From positions 192,001-256,000 of the forward strand of contig JBDONT010000043.1 in assembly GCA_039831155.1 (NCBI GenBank): a DNA stretch of 64,000 nt, in the 5' to 3' direction. The first letter of the stretch is position 1. Each line of letters begins with the position of its first letter. Shown here piece by piece: positions 62,818 to 64,000 of this stretch. The translations under genes were made by a program, and so were the position numbers. Under the pieces are notes generated by a model. The model was given only the letters and a program-made list of their open reading frames with translations. It did no database searches and was not told the origin of the DNA. The DNA is from Nautiliaceae bacterium (GTDB lineage Bacteria > Campylobacterota > Campylobacteria > Campylobacterales > Nautiliaceae).

Positions 62818-63504
62818 GTCTATATTGTATACGTTTTTGATATGAAGAGCTTCGTCAAACTCATATACTCTAGGAACTCCTGTAGCTATTTCAAATTTCG
62901 GAATATCTTCGTCACTAATTCCGTCAAGTTCTTTTACCATACCTCTAATAGTATTTCCGTGAGCTGTAATAAGTACGTCTTTTCCTTCTACAAGTAAAGG
63001 TGCCACTCTTTCGTGAAACGCAGCCATCGCTCTTATTTGATTATCTTTTAAACTTTCGGTACTTGGTAGTAAATCTTGAGGGAAGTTTTTATAATGAGGG
63101 TCGAATCTCGGATGTCTTTTATCGTCAAGACTCAAAGGTGGAGGTGGTACGTCATAACTTCTTCTATAAAGTAAAAACTTCTCTTCTCCAACTTCCGCTT
63201 TTACTTCGTCTTTATTAAGCCCGGTTAAAGCCCCGTAATGTCTTTCGTTAAATCTCCAGTCTTTTAAATGGTCGATATAAAGCAAATCAAGTTCTTCTAA
63301 AATTATAATTCCCGTTTTAATCGCTCTTTTAAGATATGAAGAAAAACATATATCAAAACTAAATCCGGCTTCTTTTAATTTTTGCCCGGCTTTTTTCGCT
63401 TCTTCAACTCCTTCCGGTGCCAAATCAACATCCACCCATCCTGTGAATCTATTTTGTTTGTTCCATTCGCTTTTTCCGTGTCTAACAAGTACAAGTTTTG
63501 CCAT
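62815..63504 (-). CDS. gpmA: 2,3-bisphosphoglycerate-dependent phosphoglycerate mutase
   Basis: LVRHGKSEWN, FTGW, NERHYG, RRSYD, AHGN. Confidence 0.95.
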   Translation of the reverse strand: MAKLVLVRHGKSEWNKQNRFTGWVDVDLAPEGVEEAKKAGQKLKEAGFSFDICFSSYLKRAIKTGIIILEELDLLYIDHLKDWRFNERHYGALTGLNKDEVKAEVGEEKFLLYRRSYDVPPPPLSLDDKRHPRFDPHYKNFPQDLLPSTESLKDNQIRAMAAFHERVAPLLVEGKDVLITAHGNTIRGMVKELDGISDEDIPKFEIATGVPRVYEFDEALHIKNVYNID

Positions 63505-63521
63505 TTAATCTCCTTTTTAAT

Positions 63522-64000
63522 TTAATAGTGAAATTTTAACAAAATTTTAATTCCTGCTCTATTTTTCCATTCTGCAAGTTTTACTAAAGCCAAATTCACA
63601 TCATACTCTTTACTTATCATAGGGAAAATAACCTCCCCTTTTATCGCAATAAAAAACATATCGCTAAACTCTTTTTTATCTTTTCTTTGGAGAATTAAAT
63701 AAGTAAGAGAATTATCTAAAATTCTGGGAACAGATTTATCTATACAAACGCCTATCTGTTCTCTCATAAACGTATTTAAAGCCTTCATATAATTTAAAAC
63801 CACATCCTCCCAGCTAAGCTCCTCTTTTAAAGAGTTAAATATCCTAACTTCGGTTAGTTTAAGTCTGTTTTTATCTTCCACCCAAACCCCTACGTCATAA
63901 ACCGGCAATTTTTCTTTAAACTTTTCAAAATCCTCCTCTACATCAGCTAAATAAAAAGGGTAATTTGATAAAATTTTAATATTAATATCGTCTCTTAGAT
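63522..64000 (-). CDS. hypothetical protein, 3' part (frame open to window end)
   Basis: frame of the 128-aa ORF continues upstream without a stop to 63998. Confidence 0.6.
   Translation of the reverse strand, partial: LRDDINIKILSNYPFYLADVEEDFEKFKEKLPVYDVGVWVEDKNRLKLTEVRIFNSLKEELSWEDVVLNYMKALNTFMREQIGVCIDKSVPRILDNSLTYLILQRKDKKEFSDMFFIAIKGEVIFPMISKEYDVNLALVKLAEWKNRAGIKILLKFHY

Noticed and set aside
237-63218. Short antisense or overlapping ORFs in the ORF track (e.g. 2041-2244, 8243-8584, 45320-45682, 55790-56197)
   Set aside because: Shadows of well-supported genes with no recognisable motifs.
1-64000. CRISPR array, rRNA/tRNA, IS element or prophage
   Set aside because: No regularly spaced repeats, no suitable intergenic space, and no transposase, integrase or phage genes recognised.

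Overview
64 kb of AT-rich, densely coding chromosome from a Campylobacterota (Epsilonproteobacteria) bacterium. Nautiliaceae-like is my inference from protein sequences, gene order and TGnTATAAT promoters. It is mostly housekeeping (recN, nadK, aspS, adk, proS, argG, ychF, pepA, trpB, apt, efp, serA, rpsA, ispH, aroA, pheST, nfo, murA, aroE, trpE, glyA, lysS, mqnC, xseB, metX/metY, cmoA, flhA, rpsO, hisD, gpmA), with an accessory-rich zone at about 7.8-23 kb. No rRNA, tRNA, CRISPR, integrase or transposase was seen. The standout is a 3,795-bp insert (9986-13780) between an S4-domain gene and proS, flanked by an exact 15-bp direct repeat. It carries a single-chain R-M-S restriction-modification gene in circularly permuted, split form: the C-terminal half lies upstream of the N-terminal half. 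Joining the insert ends restores one uninterrupted ORF. The duplicated target supplies the stop codon for one half and the SD plus the first base of the start codon for the other. Other points: a HinP1I/HhaI-like (probably GCGC) type II R-M pair, an S1 protein apparently lacking domain 1, an EF-P lacking the GDT loop motif, a probable CTG start for flhA, and homopolymer frameshifts in a sensor kinase, a GGDEF gene and an MNT pseudogene. Comparisons to reference proteins are from memory and need alignment.
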